Source: the human T2T-CHM13v2.0 reference genome, Homo sapiens
Reading direction: 5' to 3' (one strand)
DNA: 64,000 bases
NCBI RefSeq assembly: GCF_009914755.1
Contig: NC_060927.1
Below are positions 14,371 through 28,891 of the stretch, piece after piece; the stretch's first letter is position 1, and each line of letters begins with the position of its first letter. Under the pieces are notes generated by a model. That model had not been told where the DNA came from. It did no database searches and saw only the letters and a program-made list of their open reading frames with translations. The position numbers were made by a program, and so were the translations under genes.

Positions 14371-17300
14371 TAAAAATAATGTGTTAATGATACAAGTGGT
14401 TATGTCTTTGAGGTTGTAGTGGGTACAGTAAAGCAGTTGAAAGTTTTTCTAATTTGAATTTTCTGAAGTGATCATTGATCTGCTATAATTAACTTTATAG
14501 GAGGGAAAAAAGGGACAAGAAATCTGGTGATATGACTTGTACTTATGCAATATGTATCTGAATGGTAGGTACTATTTCAGAGTACCTTCTTTATAGCAGG
14601 TACTATTTCAGGGTAATAATGATAAATAATAATTCTAGTAGAAACAACAATAGGACAAAAAAAACCCCTCTGTTTTCAAAGAGTAGAATTACATATTTAG
14701 AGTAATGAACACAGCCTGGTTAGGGCATACTACAAGGAAAGATTCTGAAAGAAGGTAGATCTTAACTAAATCCCAAAGGTAAGTAGATGTTAACCAGACA
14801 AAGCTGACCTAAAGTGGTTTGTGGATGACATACTAGGAAGAGAGAAGCATGTTAAAAGTCCAAAATAAAATTGCTTGATAGCATTTAAATACTTGAATGT
14901 TGCAAGAGAAATACTATTGCTTTGAAAACTTGTGTGAATCTTGAATTAATGTGATGGAAAATTGTCTTCCAAGCAATGTGGTAGCCATTCCAAAAAACTT
15001 TCTGGCTTTTAAACCAAGAACATCGGGTTCTGGCCCTAATGCCTCCAATAACTCACTGGGAACTACCATATTGTTTCTCTGGGTTGGAAAGTCATCACAT
15101 ATTAATGGAGAAAACTAGTCTTTCTTGGGTCAGACAAATCTCAGATGTTTATCTTCCTAATTACAAAGGATGGGTTTCTCCCAGGCTATGGATTGTCATT
15201 TTTGCCATGGGACTAGAAATAGATAGTGACAAGGTATTTTTGCTGGATGAGAAAATAGTGAAAAATCATGTCTCAGCGATTCCTCCTCATCTCTTCTGCC
15301 TGCCATCATTGCACTTGATAAATTTGAGAGGGTATGAAAAGATCTGAAGGTGAAGTGAACTCTTTCTTTACTTGCCTATGTAGAAATGACTGCCATAGGA
15401 TGCATGTGCTAAGGAGAAAAAGGTGATGGGATTCTGGCAGAGAGGTTAAAGATGCAGTGTAAGGAAACATAGCTCATCTTTACATAGAGGGGTAGAGACT
15501 CAAATATGGAGAATTTTATTGAGCCATGGAATTTCTTGGTTAATTGGCTGAGGGGGAAGAGCACTATTGTTCTATGATAGTTTACATTGGGAAGTAGCCA
15601 CACTTTTGTAATAATATCATTATAATCAATAAACTTTAGGGGCAAAATGTTTAGTCTTCCCTTTTTAAGGAAGATGCATTCAGCCTTCAAGGTGAAGCTT
15701 TCTCTTCCTAGTCTTCACAAAAATGTTCAGAGATTCCTACTTCTGTATCTCATCGGTTTTGATAGATGTCAGCAAGAGAGATAAATTTCAGTAGGAAAAT
15801 TTTATATGTATATTGGAAAGATATTGATTAGTGTATAGAACTGGAGGAAAGTACCCAGAAAAAGTTTCAAGGATAGTCAGATCTAGAGTAGCTAAAAATT
15901 TCAGAGTAGTAAAACTTACTTAAATGCTTAGTGTCATTACTGAAGTCTGGCATATCCAATACGTCCTCCACTCATATCATGGTGCTCAAATTTCGGTATC
16001 TCATCAGAGAAAGTGAACTAGTGACTCATGGCACTTGCCTATGTTTGGCTTTTGGGAAAATAGGACACCTTGATTTCGAATCTCTCCAAGGCCATAAACA
16101 ATAGGGAAGATATATTTCCCAATGTAATTTTAGTGTTGTAACCAAAAGTTGGGTAGTCACAGTGTAAAAAAATGCTACCTTTTTGGTTGCCCTTACCAAA
16201 GGCTCCCCACTGTTCCACCCCCACCCCTGGAATACACAAGTAAAAAGGAGTAGGCTTTAACTGTGCCCACACACAAGAAATGTAGTATTCATTAAAACAG
16301 AGGCATGAAAGTGGGCATCGGAATTAGTCAAATGGAGAGTTCTGAAAAACAAGTAGATACTCCAATCCAAGAAACATTAAATTAATAAATGGTTGCTTGC
16401 AAAATATCTATTTATTGGACTTCAACTGCTTCCTAAATTGTTTTGTATTTTGAACAACCTGATATGTGTAAATGCAGCCTCTTTGAGACCTGCACAAAGG
16501 GATCTGTTTTCCTTTAATTTGGCAAACGAATTCCTGCTGTTAAATCTCTCAAGAGATTATAGAAAATTCTACAAAGCTCCACATTAATTGCAGTAGCACT
16601 CTCAGTCAAGCTGAAGGGGAGCAGATGATAAACATATCCGGCAGTAATAGTAGCCGTCCCAAACACACTGCATTGACTGACTTTCAAATAATAGTTTGAC
16701 CTTGCGTAGCTCCAAGTTTGTCTATTTCCAATTATTCATATTGCTTGTTACTCTTTTGCCTAGATGACTTAAAAGCAAGCACTTAAACCATATTGTCCAT
16801 AATCACTGGACAGTATTATTCCATTGCATTAATATTTTACATTTGGCATTAGTTGTCAAACAAACTCCTGTTTAAATAGGCAATCCTCAAGTATCATTAC
16901 ACTCTAAAAGCAATGATATTAGGGTGTACCTTTGAGGAACTAGTGTGTAGGTTGTGAGAAGACAGAAGAGCAGACAGAAGGTGCTCATAGGAGACTAAGT
17001 ATTAGTCATGAAACAAAAAGATCATGAGAGTAGAGTCTCGATCACAGGATGCTAAGTATGGGGGGAAAGCCATGGGGCAAAGTACAGTCAGGAGAGGATG
17101 GTCCTAGTAATCAACTGCTTTATGTGTTTTCTTTATATTGCACTATTTTCTGGAATATTCCCTTAATGTTATTGAACAAAAAGTTTCCATTTCCTCATGC
17201 AATGTGGGTAAAGTTTAGATGGAGCTTATTTTCTCCGAACAAATTCGCTTAGCCTTAGATGACTGCACTTAGATAGAGTAATGGCTTTGGGTGGCAACCG

Positions 17301-20300
17301 GATCAGTAACGTAAGACACTTCTATTGAGCTGATTCTCACTTTGACCGGCTTTTGACTGATAATTATTATTTGCTCCTTGGCTTGTGTTCACTTCCTTCA
17401 CAGGGAGAACGCATCCCCATATCTGTTATATGAAAACATAAAAACTTGTTTACAGTTGAATGTGTACAAAAAACAACTTCAGCCTTGAAGTCAGTCTCCT
17501 AAGTGTAAACTGCATGGATTAGTTCACAGTTAAATAATGAAGACCTGCCCTTTTGTATCATGACCTTGTCTTATGCTGCGGAAGGGAGGAACTGGTACTA
17601 TGCATCACAACAACAAAATTTTTAGTTATTTTGAAAGTTCTTTTTAATCAACGTGAATTTTTTTCATTGTTGTTTTCACTTGTTTATTTAGTCTTCATTG
17701 GATATTCAAATCACTTTTTCAAAACATTTTTGAGAATTAACCTCTCCCCTGAAAGTGCAAGTGAGATAGACCAACGTGGGATACTTAAGCAGAAAAAAAA
17801 AAAATCAGAATTCTTTGAAAGATTATTAGGCAATGCAAAAAATACTGAGGAAGATGTAAGGAATCAAGAAGCTTGGACTGGATGGGAAAAGAGGCTACTC
17901 TAGTGACACAAGCAGCAGAAGATGACAGACTGTGTCTTCAGGGTACCACCAGAAGGATGAGTCAGCTCCAACTCCATGGAGGCCTTCAATTCTGGGCTCC
18001 AAACTCAGCATCAAGTAAGAAAGCACCCCATTGTCTGCAGTTGATCATGTGGTCATCCATTGGCTATAGGTATGTGGGGTAGTTGACTGACGATTCCATA
18101 AGATGGTTATTGTAGATATTTCAGGATAAACATAGAATCTTGATACCCAAAGAGTAAATAGCAAGGGAGAAATGATAAACACACAGGATGAAATGTGATA
18201 AAATAGATTTTCTTCTCTGTTCTTGTAGTGCACATTTGGAAAAAAAGAAAAAAATTAATAGTGATATAAATTTTTCTAGTTAAAGTAGTTCTGTTGAAAT
18301 TTTGAAATTTGAAATGAAGGGATTTTTTTTTCCTTCTTCTTTTTTCTTTTTCCTCTAACTAGATCCTCAAAAGAAACCATCACAACTTAAAATACACGTA
18401 GAGGACTGTTCAAGCTACTAGCTTTCTAAAAAGATACAAAATGTAATTTTCCAAGATTTACATCTGTGATATGGTTAAGAGTTTTTTACAGGATAAGAAT
18501 GGCTTTTGCTTCTTTGTGCTGGACAGTTTGTATAAACAAATGCTATTTCATTTTTTTTTTTTTTAACAATCCCCAAATTCCTCCAAGCACCCTGTGGATT
18601 TTTGATAATGGCAGTAGGCAAACATTCCTTGAAATGTAGAAGTGGCAGAAGACAGGCCTTGTTCCTGCATTCTTCCCTGCACACACATGGATTTAATAAG
18701 GTGGCCGAACAATCTGTGCTGAAGCCCAGGAGAGCCAGGACTCCTTAAGAAGGAAAATGACAGGGGCTCATCGCACGCTGGGATAAGGATGAGAATCTCC
18801 TGGTAGTGCTTGCCATGCAGTCTAATAAAAGCTCTTTTCAAAAACTGTGTGGGAGAGCATTGCAGAAAGAAAAGCTTTTAGCAAAACTAGCTTTATAGAG
18901 TCTACTGTTTGTTGTTCAGTTGGGAAAATGCAAACTGTAGGAAGAGGACTTATTTAACACACATCTTCATTTTTTCTGAGATATGAATAGGTAAGAGAAT
19001 GCAAAGGATAGAATTGAAATGCAAACGTAGGTAAGGGTTACTATTCTGTCATAAAACAAACTTCCACAAGTAGGCTAACACAGAGAAAGAAGATTGAAGA
19101 CCTCTGCTTTAAATCTCTTCCCCACTCTCTCAGCTTCTGTTTGGCCATTTAGTTATTTTCCTTTGTCTTTTATTTTTCCTGGACAAGCCAGTCCCTGCCC
19201 AACAAACTTTGCATCTCTATAGGCTTTTACTCAAGCGGTGTCCTCTGCTTAGAACATCCCCTCTGAAGCTCAGTTGCCTGGTAAACCCTCCCCTTAGTGA
19301 CGCTTCTCCAGTATGTCCCCGTCTCCCCACCCTACTCCATGTAGTGTTCCTGCCATTAATACATATATCCATGGCCACACATTTAATTTTGTCACTGTTG
19401 TAATATGAAAGATTATGCACTCCTTCAGAGTAGCTACAGATATTAAAAATAGGGAAGATGAACTAAACATTATCGGGCATCTCTCCCAGTCCAGGTGCTG
19501 ATCAGAGCTTATAATACAGTCCCATGGAAATATTAAATACTAAATAAACATTTGTTGATGTAGTAAAATTCTGGCATCTCCAGTCCATAAATCTACTTGC
19601 CTTTTTAATTTAAATTTTATTATAAATCTCACCTCTCTAGAGAGTCTTTTAGCCTACGCTGTGTTATATTAGAGACAAACTGCTATAGTAACCTGGTAGA
19701 GAAACATGTATTTCCTAATTCCTTAAAGGTAGTTTAGCTACAAGTTTATGACAGATTATAAATGTATATAATGTTAATGCTAGGTTTCAGATTGCAATAG
19801 TAGTGATTTTCTTGTTGTCAGTTCTGTTGAGCTTGTTAAAGCAAGACCTAATGTAATTATGTTTTAAAATTGAAGCTTACACTAATTCTGCCCATATATT
19901 AAAGGGTTTCTTTTATGTATCCAATACATGAAGTAGATTTTTATAGATTAGTTATGTGTGTGTGAGAAAGATTAAGATTAAAATAGAGAGATGAGACATA
20001 ATTTGAACCAAAACATTAAAGAAATGTTGATTTTAATGAATTGGGAGATGAAAAATGAGTATTTTCCCCCTAAATTTTAAAGATCTGTTAACGTGAAATA
20101 CAATAAAACACGAAGATTCAGGTGAAATATGTATTCTAAAGGGCAAGAATATTACCTGGCTCAAGATCAATTTGCTTTATTTAGCTTTTGCAGCATGCAA
20201 GGACTAAGTTCATCAGATAGGGAACAAGGGTGAGACTAACTTCTTTATTCTTATTTTCCCCCAGAGTGAAAGAGATGAGCCTGGGAGGGAGATCAAGCTT

Positions 20301-20541
20301 CATTCTATGTTTTATGGAGAAAGACAGAGATTGCTAGCAGGAGGTGGATAGATGTTCAATACCTGTTATTCCTGCTTCCCACCTTCCCCCTCTTTCATTC
20401 TTCATTCCATTTTCATCATCTCTCCAAACATCAATCGAACACCTGAATATGACTATTTCCTAACGGTTGGTAAGCAAAATTGGAAGCCAGATATACCTAG
20501 GTTTAAATACTAGCTCTACTCACATTAGAAATGTGTGGGTC

Positions 20542-22273
20542 GCCCTGTCCTCTTGAATAGTGATGCCTATCTGTCTGTGTCAGGACGTAGTAAGGAAGCC
20601 CATGTCTAGTCTGGTACCTTTAAACCAGGACGTCTCCTACTTTTCAAAATGACTCAAAAGTTGAGCTAGCCTTATTTTAAAAACTAAAAGTTCAAAATCA
20701 GTGGTGACATGAGGACTTATTTATTTAAAGTGCTTAAGCTTTGGTTTTAGAGTTTCTAAGAGATCTAGTGGAATTTGCTATTATGAAAAGCATTACCCAT
20801 GCTATTATGAAAAGCATGAAAAGATTAAGAAATCTGGCTAAAGGTCAGGTGCCCAGCTTCGAGGAAAAGTTGGGCTTTTAGGGATCAGGAAGCATTAAAG
20901 GCACACAAACTTTACATTTTGGGAGTCATTTTGTTGAGTAGGTGAAGTGAGGGATTTGGTCTTGATATTTGGCTGCCCCATCTCTATGTGGGAGCTCAAA
21001 GTTAAAAACCCACTGTAGGTAAATGAGAAGGACAGCTCTTGAACCTGGGCCAGTCTATATTCCTTCTGTGAAGTACTAACAGCCAGGCTATGTAGCCTGG
21101 GTGGGAGCCCAGATAATGTGAGCTGGTAAAGGTTATTGGAAAAGTGCCAAGAAATACCAAGCTTTTGGTTTGTAACCACTATAAAAAGTTTATGAACATG
21201 TCAGAGGAATGGATGAGTGATTTGTGAGGTCTTAACTAGATACCCCAGTTTCGTCCTTGTTTTGGCTCCTTTTCAGAATGCCAGGAGAGTGCATGCAGGG
21301 ATTCCATCTGATCACCCTCAGTGCTCTCTCTCTGGTCCTGCTGGATAGATTTAGGTTTCCTTTCTTTTTTAAGGGCCTCAGTTTGCTATTTCCTTTGGTG
21401 GCTACCACCACTGACTCCCTTGATATCTTCTACTCCCTTGCCTTCACCTTGCTTAAGACTGAGAAAGGAGTTAGATTTTGTCACTAGCTCTTCTTTTTCC
21501 TCACTGTGTACCCCACCAAACAAGATTAGTTCAAGTTAAAAAGAACCTATTGGAGGTAAACTGGGAGAGCAAGTACTGGATCTGGGATGGTCCCTTTCCC
21601 ATTTAATTAGGTCCCTGGTTATATGTTCCCATAGCACCCCATACTTCCTCTTTCAGAATAATCATTTCCCTTGTAATGCTGAGCATCCGTATCCTGTTTG
21701 ATTGCAAACTTGCTAAAGGTAGGTATTGTTTGTCTTGGACTTCGCTGCCAGTCCTTAGAACAGTGCCTGGGACACAGTGTGTTCTCAAATATTTGTTGCT
21801 GGAATAAATGAATGAACTAAATCAGTCTTTTAGGGATTTATTGTTAACCACCATGGGAAAATTAAATAAATGCAGGGGAGGAAAACATTCTAAAATTAGA
21901 AGACTACTTTCTACTCTCAGGTTCTGTCTTCCCCTGAGCTAAGAACCAGACAGCCTTAGGCTGGTAACTCCTATAAGGTGGTCCTCCTCTCATGCTGACC
22001 CCATCTTTACTGTACAGTTCACTTTTCACGATCTGAAGGCACCACCAAGATAGATCCAGGAGTGACAACTCCAGTGTAGGTGTCCACGGTTCCCTTAATC
22101 TCTACCCTGCTCCAAGTATAAACAAATTGGGGCCATTTCCTTAGATATTGGGGTTTTCTCAAGAAATCCTTTCCCTTTGTGGCATGGGTCAAATCGCTAG
22201 TAGTTAAAAAGGTGTTAACTCTTACGTGAAATAACACTTTTTCTTTGTAATGACCTGAAAAAAAAAAAAAAAG
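20542..22273 (+). pseudogene. L1-mediated retroposed insertion (processed 3'UTR-like retrocopy or orphan transduction), parent unidentified
   Basis: Identical 15-bp TSD agaaatgtgtgggtc at 20527-20541 and 22274-22288. A15 tail at 22258-22272. AATAAA-like AATAAC at 22230-22235. TT|AGAA endonuclease-type site. The flanks rejoin into one MIR. Confidence 0.85.
21700..21817 (+). mobile_element. L2 3'-end fragment carried inside the retroposed insert
   Basis: cagtccttagaacagtgcctgggacacagtgtgttctcaaatatttgttgctggaataaatgaatgaa. Confidence 0.7.
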
Positions 22274-22534
22274 AGAAATGTGTGGGTCACTTACTCTAAT
22301 CTAGTTTCCATTTTTGTGTTTATACTACAGGAATAAAACCAGTTCCTTCCTTAGAAGGCTTTTTTGAGAAACAAGTAAGATACCTAATGCATGCAAATGC
22401 TCAGCATGGTACCCATCATAGATTAAATCTATAAACATTAGCTACTGTGATGATTATTATAATGATTACTATTACACTAATTATGTGAATATATTAGTAA
22501 CAATATTACTAGTCCTTCCTTGCTCATTACTTCT

Positions 22535-23530
22535 ATTATTTATTCAACAAATATCTGTTCAGTGCCTACTGGTGTCAAGCACTATTCTAGATCCTAGGGG
22601 TGAACAAAATAGACCTTGCCTGTGAATTTAGGTGAGATGAACGGGAGTAAACAAATAACCATATAGCGTTAGGCAAATATCTGTGCCCAATAAAAACGAT
22701 GTCCTTTTATTTGTGTTGCTTACATTATATTGGCAGATCCAGATGGCTTAGAAACAGGGCGAATGGAGCTGAGATGGCAACAAGCATTTGATGATATTGC
22801 CAACGTAATGCCAATAGAGCTTGCTAATTACTTGGCTGCAGAGGTTGAAGGAGATGTATATATTTAGGTTGTGAACAACTAATTGGATGGTGATGGTTGT
22901 TACGAGCAGATTTAAAGAATGGGGTAGGGATCGAGAGCCCTATTTTAGACTTGTGAGGCTTGAAATGCCTACAGTATATCCAAGTGAAGCAGTTGAACAG
23001 GTAGTTAGATGTATAAATCTAGAGTTAAGAGGGGAAGTCCACAATAGAGACCTAAATTTGAGATCTGTGACAAAAATGCTGTGAGATGGGAAGCGATTAC
23101 TTCAGTGGAGAAGATGCCTGGGAACTGAACCAACAAGAGTTTTTCAAACTCTAAAATTGGTGATCTAGTAAGATGAACTAAGGCATGCCTGAAGACGTAG
23201 AAAGAAAACAAGGAGTTAAAGTGTCCCAGAGACCAAGTAAAAAAGTGTTTAAAGAAGCAATGAAGATGAAATGAAGGTCCAGTGAGGCCTGAGAACTAAT
23301 TATTGAGCTTTGCAACATGGAGATGATCAATGGCTTTGAAAGATAATTTTAGGTGAAATGTTAAGGCCAAAAACCTCAATAGAGTAGGCTTAAGAAAGAA
23401 TGGGAGGTGAGAAATTGGTAATAGTGAATAGATAATTTAATAGGAGAATATGCTAATAAAGATAAGAGAAATAGAACTGTCAGGTGTGAGGGGCTTAAAA
23501 AGGCAATTTGAGGATGTTTGTTTTCTGCAT
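22535..23530 (-). mobile_element. L2 fragments
   Basis: ttattcaacaaatatctgttcagtgcctact... (reverse L2 tail) followed by a purine-rich L2 body (ttgaaatgcctacagtatatccaagtgaag, tttgcaacatggagatgatcaatggctttga). Confidence 0.7.
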
Positions 23531-23561
23531 CTACTTGCAATCTCCCAATACTCCCATTTTT

Positions 23562-24031
<470 letters not shown>

Positions 24032-24282
24032 TAGAGCCAGACCATGTGAATGGTATAACAGCATATTGTGCTTTAGAAAACACAGAAATATCAGAAGAGG
24101 TAGCTAGACAGGGCCCCCCAAATGGCATCCAGGGTGTTTGTCTCAGTGAATTCTGAGGAGTGCTAGCTTCCTGATACCAATTCAATGGAAAAGGGAAAGA
24201 ATCTTGCTCAGTGAATGTAACCAGAAGCGCTTTCTCTTGAAGAAAACATGTGCACCACCCAAGAAAGAGAAAAATTTTTATT

Positions 24283-24620
24283 AATTCATTCATCAAGTAC
24301 TTTGTGAGTGCCTACTCTGTCCTCATTGCAGCTAGGGGTTTTGAGTAATCAATAGTGAGTAGTTTGTATCCTCATGGAGCTTATACTAACAGGCAAAGAC
24401 AATAAATAAGTAAGTGAATAAAGCAGCTTAAGGGGAGACAGTAGAAGTGCTGTGTGTTGGATGTTATTTTAGACAGGGTGGTTGGGAACACCTCTTTGAG
24501 GAGGGGATATTTAAATAAAGAGATGAATTAAATGAGGAACTGAACTATGTGAAGAACTGGGAGAAATTATTCCAGATAGAAGGAAAAGCAATGTTCCAAG
24601 ACCTTGATGTAAGCGTGTCT
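24283..24620 (-). mobile_element. L2 fragment
   Basis: ttcattcatcaagtactttgtgagtgcctactctgt...cctctttgaggaggggatattt. Confidence 0.65.
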
Positions 24621-24902
24621 TGTTACTTTCAAAGAAAGTATCTCATTATGTGGAATGATTTAGTTGAAGTCATGCTTATGCCCCATTCTTTAAAAAGTTT
24701 CTTGGATCCCTTTTTAAAATGTGTTTTGAATATTTGAAAGAAAATGCTAATTCCTGAGGTACTAATTTAACCTCATTTCCAGTGTTCAAGTCATCTTGAC
24801 ATCATCCCTATCAGAGAACTTTTGTAAAGCCCCTGTGATAAACATGCAAGGGACCATCTCACAGATTCTTCCATCCATGGTTTCTATGTTTATCAAAAAT
24901 TA

Positions 24903-25214
<312 letters not shown>

Positions 25215-26157
25215 TCACAACCTAGAGTCAAACTTAGCCTATGTCTAGCTCTGGACACTTGCATTGGTGAAGGAACAAAGAATGCTAAGACTTCTCAAAG
25301 TTTCACTTCTTCAGAGTTGTCACTCATACCTTGAACCATCTGTCCCACATGACATCCCCACTATGTCTCTAACTTCACCATTAACTTGGAGTCACATTGA
25401 CTTCTTCCTTTCAAGTCCAGTGAGTTGCTGGATTATCTTTCTTCTTTTCACTGGTGCTGCCATAAAAATCAGACAATATTTTCTGGTTGTAAGTAACAGA
25501 AACCAACTAATCTAAATATAAAGTAATGAACTGGAAATAAAAAGAGTGAAATAGCTGAAAAGAATCAGATAGCTGCTGAAAGATTTAGTAAGTTGGCCAC
25601 TTCCTGCTGACCTTGCATTTGGGATGAATAAATTCAAGCATTTCTTCAGTTCTTGTAATGATAGACTCAAAGGCAGAGTCTAGGAGAGAAGATCTGGTTA
25701 GGTCCACCAGATCCCTTGCCCATCTCTGGGTTGAGACTAGTGTAATATATGAAGAAGCTGAGAACAGAAACTAAAAAGGAGTCTTCAGGGGTTCATATGT
25801 CTTCCACAGTGGAAAAATCAGCATCTGTGTTTACTGCCCAGAAGCACTGTACATTTCACCATGAAGAGAGAAGAATGCTATGAGATGTGGAATGAATCCA
25901 GAAAGCCACACGTAACTGATACCCATTTTAGACTTTTATTATTCCTCATTTGAGATATTGTGGGAGCATTTTCCAAGTTTGTCTGTTTTCACTCTTCCTA
26001 ACTTCCTCACCATCCGCAACTCTGTTTCTGGTTAACCACCCCATGGCGCATCCCAGTAACTGCATTTCTTGTGTAGACACCTTCAATTATCCCAGAATTA
26101 AAGTATACAGTACAGGACAATCACAAGCTAGATTTGCTCATACAAGGCCAGCCTCTG

Positions 26158-26169
26158 GCCCCCTGGTGG
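26158..26169 (-). promoter_or_regulatory. Candidate CTCF core motif
   Basis: Reverse complement reads CCACCAGGGGGC, the CTCF core; flanking bases are suboptimal. Confidence 0.45.
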
Positions 26170-28521
26170 GCTGTGTATGATACAGGGAGAAAAAAATTGA
26201 AGAAAAATTAAACTATCAGAGTAATATAGAATCAAGTGTTTTATCACCTGGTGTCTATTCACTTTACTGTCTGAAAATATATTTTATGTGTATTTTTAGT
26301 TGGGTCAGGTTTGGTTTAAATGTTTGGTTCAAATTTCTATATGGTTTTCTGCTTTCTGTCAGAAAAGAAGAAAAATTTCCACTAACAGAATGTAACATTG
26401 GTATTGCCATATATATTGAATAATTCCAATAGGGTACACTTAGCTAATTCGATATCTATACAGCTAATCAAAATACTAGGACTTAAATACTTACTATCAT
26501 GACATTTGGGAAAAAATGTTAGCTAGGACAAGTCTCTTCAGGAGATTTTATTTGAAAACATTTACCTTTTAACCATATATTGCTGTTGCACTTTTTTAAA
26601 GCTCTATTTACATGTTTATAATTTCAGTTGTACTATCTGGGTTTCATCATTTGCATTCTAATAACAATACTTGTATTATTTATTTGGCATTGACAATCCA
26701 TTATTTTTTCTCAATAAATTAGTTCAGCAATTGTAAATTAAATTTTGCTTTTAAAGTAGCTTTAAATTCTCAAGTACTTCGAAATATGTTATTTCTTTAA
26801 TGTTAAAGAGAAAAACTTGACTTTCGTCAATATGAATGTCATCTTTTCTTTATCTTACTATTACTTATAATATGTTCTCCTGAAAGTTCATTGATTTGGC
26901 TAAGGGTTATGGTGTCAGTTTCAGAATTAAAGAAACTGGGACAGAGAGATATGTATAATTTTATAACTAATAGTCTCTCCTCTTTGTACGGAGGGCAAAG
27001 TACTTGAGCCGGTATTTAAATTATGAACTTTCTTTAGGAAAATGAGCTATTTCCAGGTTTAAATAAAGTTTTTTTTTGAATTTCTAATAGTGGCGTCTAT
27101 GAATTCTTTTCTCTGATCTTATACCTGTAACATTGTGATATTTTTCAGAACAGAAACATTATATACCAAATTTAGCCAATAGGCTAAACAGGCATTTTGG
27201 ATAATAGCTGTTAACCTTTTTCCATGATAGGATTGTTTCCCTCTGTCCCAATAAGCTGATGAATGAATCATCCACTTGTTAAAAGGAGATACTCTTTCTG
27301 AGATATCAAACTCACGTGAACCCTCCCTTACCCTTCCCCAGCCACTGTCTCCACCCCAATTGGGAGATTATTTTGGTGTCATATAGACTGAACTTCATTC
27401 CAAGACAGCCTGAAGTGTCAGTGACAGACCTGGGACTCTAGCCCAGAAATGTGGATGCTCAGTCTCTGTTGTAACCACTAGGCCATGTACACCAAATCCC
27501 TGCATTGTCTAAGCCAATTCCAGGGCAGCTGCTTATTAACGAACAGATGCCGCTTGATGGCACTGACATCCATCAGAGAAAATGATTCTGCTTGAATCAG
27601 TCCCTGGGCAGAGCAGAAGTCACCACTGTAGCCTCGTCCCAGGATTCCTGCTTACTTCTTTATTAATAATAAATTCCCATGTTGCCTTAGCATTTATCTG
27701 GCTTTAGGAAATGAATAAAATTTGACTATTTGTGTTTAAATACAATGTCTTGTAAATCATGACAACCTTTGTATTTTAGTATATTTCAGTTATTATGAAA
27801 TAAGGTAAGCTTTGCCCAGCTGAATGAAATGGAAACTCATTATATCTCAAATGAGGTGATAAAAGATAGAATAGTATTTTAATAACGTAGACAACATGGC
27901 TTTTTGTATTTTAATATTCACTGTTCTATTGGTAATGGAGCCTTAACAAAGTGATTTTGTTTCCAATCAATCAAATATTTCCTCATCAGCACTCTAAGCA
28001 AAAATACTGTGGCAGCTTCTCTTGTTTTTATTATCGCCAAAATAAGAAGCACCATCTCTAATAAGTGTCATTTGCATTAGGCCATGCTGTCAGCATTCAA
28101 TTTGGAAGCTTGCTAGTTTCTTACGGAGCCTGTGACACAGGGCCCTCATCAGTATGTTGTGATGATAGCCTCACTTTTCCTAGCTCTGCTTTAGATTGAC
28201 AGTCAACCTGGGTTTCCACACATCCCTGCATGTGCCATTGCAGAGGGCCATTTTATAGTTAGGCTAGAGTCCTTTGGTTGCCAAATAAGAGATTAATTCT
28301 TCCTAGCTTAAGGGAAACATTGAATTTATTAAAAGGGTGTTGGCCTGTGTCAGTGTTCAAGGCAGACTAGAACAAGTAAGCCTCGGAAAATGCAAAATCA
28401 AAATACATCAGATCCTTTAGCAATGGGTCCTTCGGAATCTTCTTTCTAGGTTCCAGTCATTAAAATGGCTCAACTCCAATGACTCCAAAAGTCAGTTTGT
28501 CTCTTTAAAAAAAAGAATGCA

Positions 28522-28891
<370 letters not shown>

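Larger units (their letters stand above)
20481..22450 (+). mobile_element. MIR split in two (about 20481-20541 and 22289-22450) by the retroposed insert
   Basis: agccagatatacctaggtttaaatactagctctact...tgtgtgggtc|acttactctaatctagtttcc...gcatgcaaatgctcagcatggtacc follows the MIR consensus in order. Confidence 0.65.

Noticed and set aside
14567-14611. Short direct repeats (aggtactatttcag x2; similar ones at 30547-30593 and about 62232-62256)
   Set aside because: Ordinary micro-duplications with no further structure.
20895-22237. Short ORFs inside the retroposed insert as parent coding sequence
   Set aside because: They are 61-94 aa, on both strands, with no recognisable protein similarity; more consistent with UTR.
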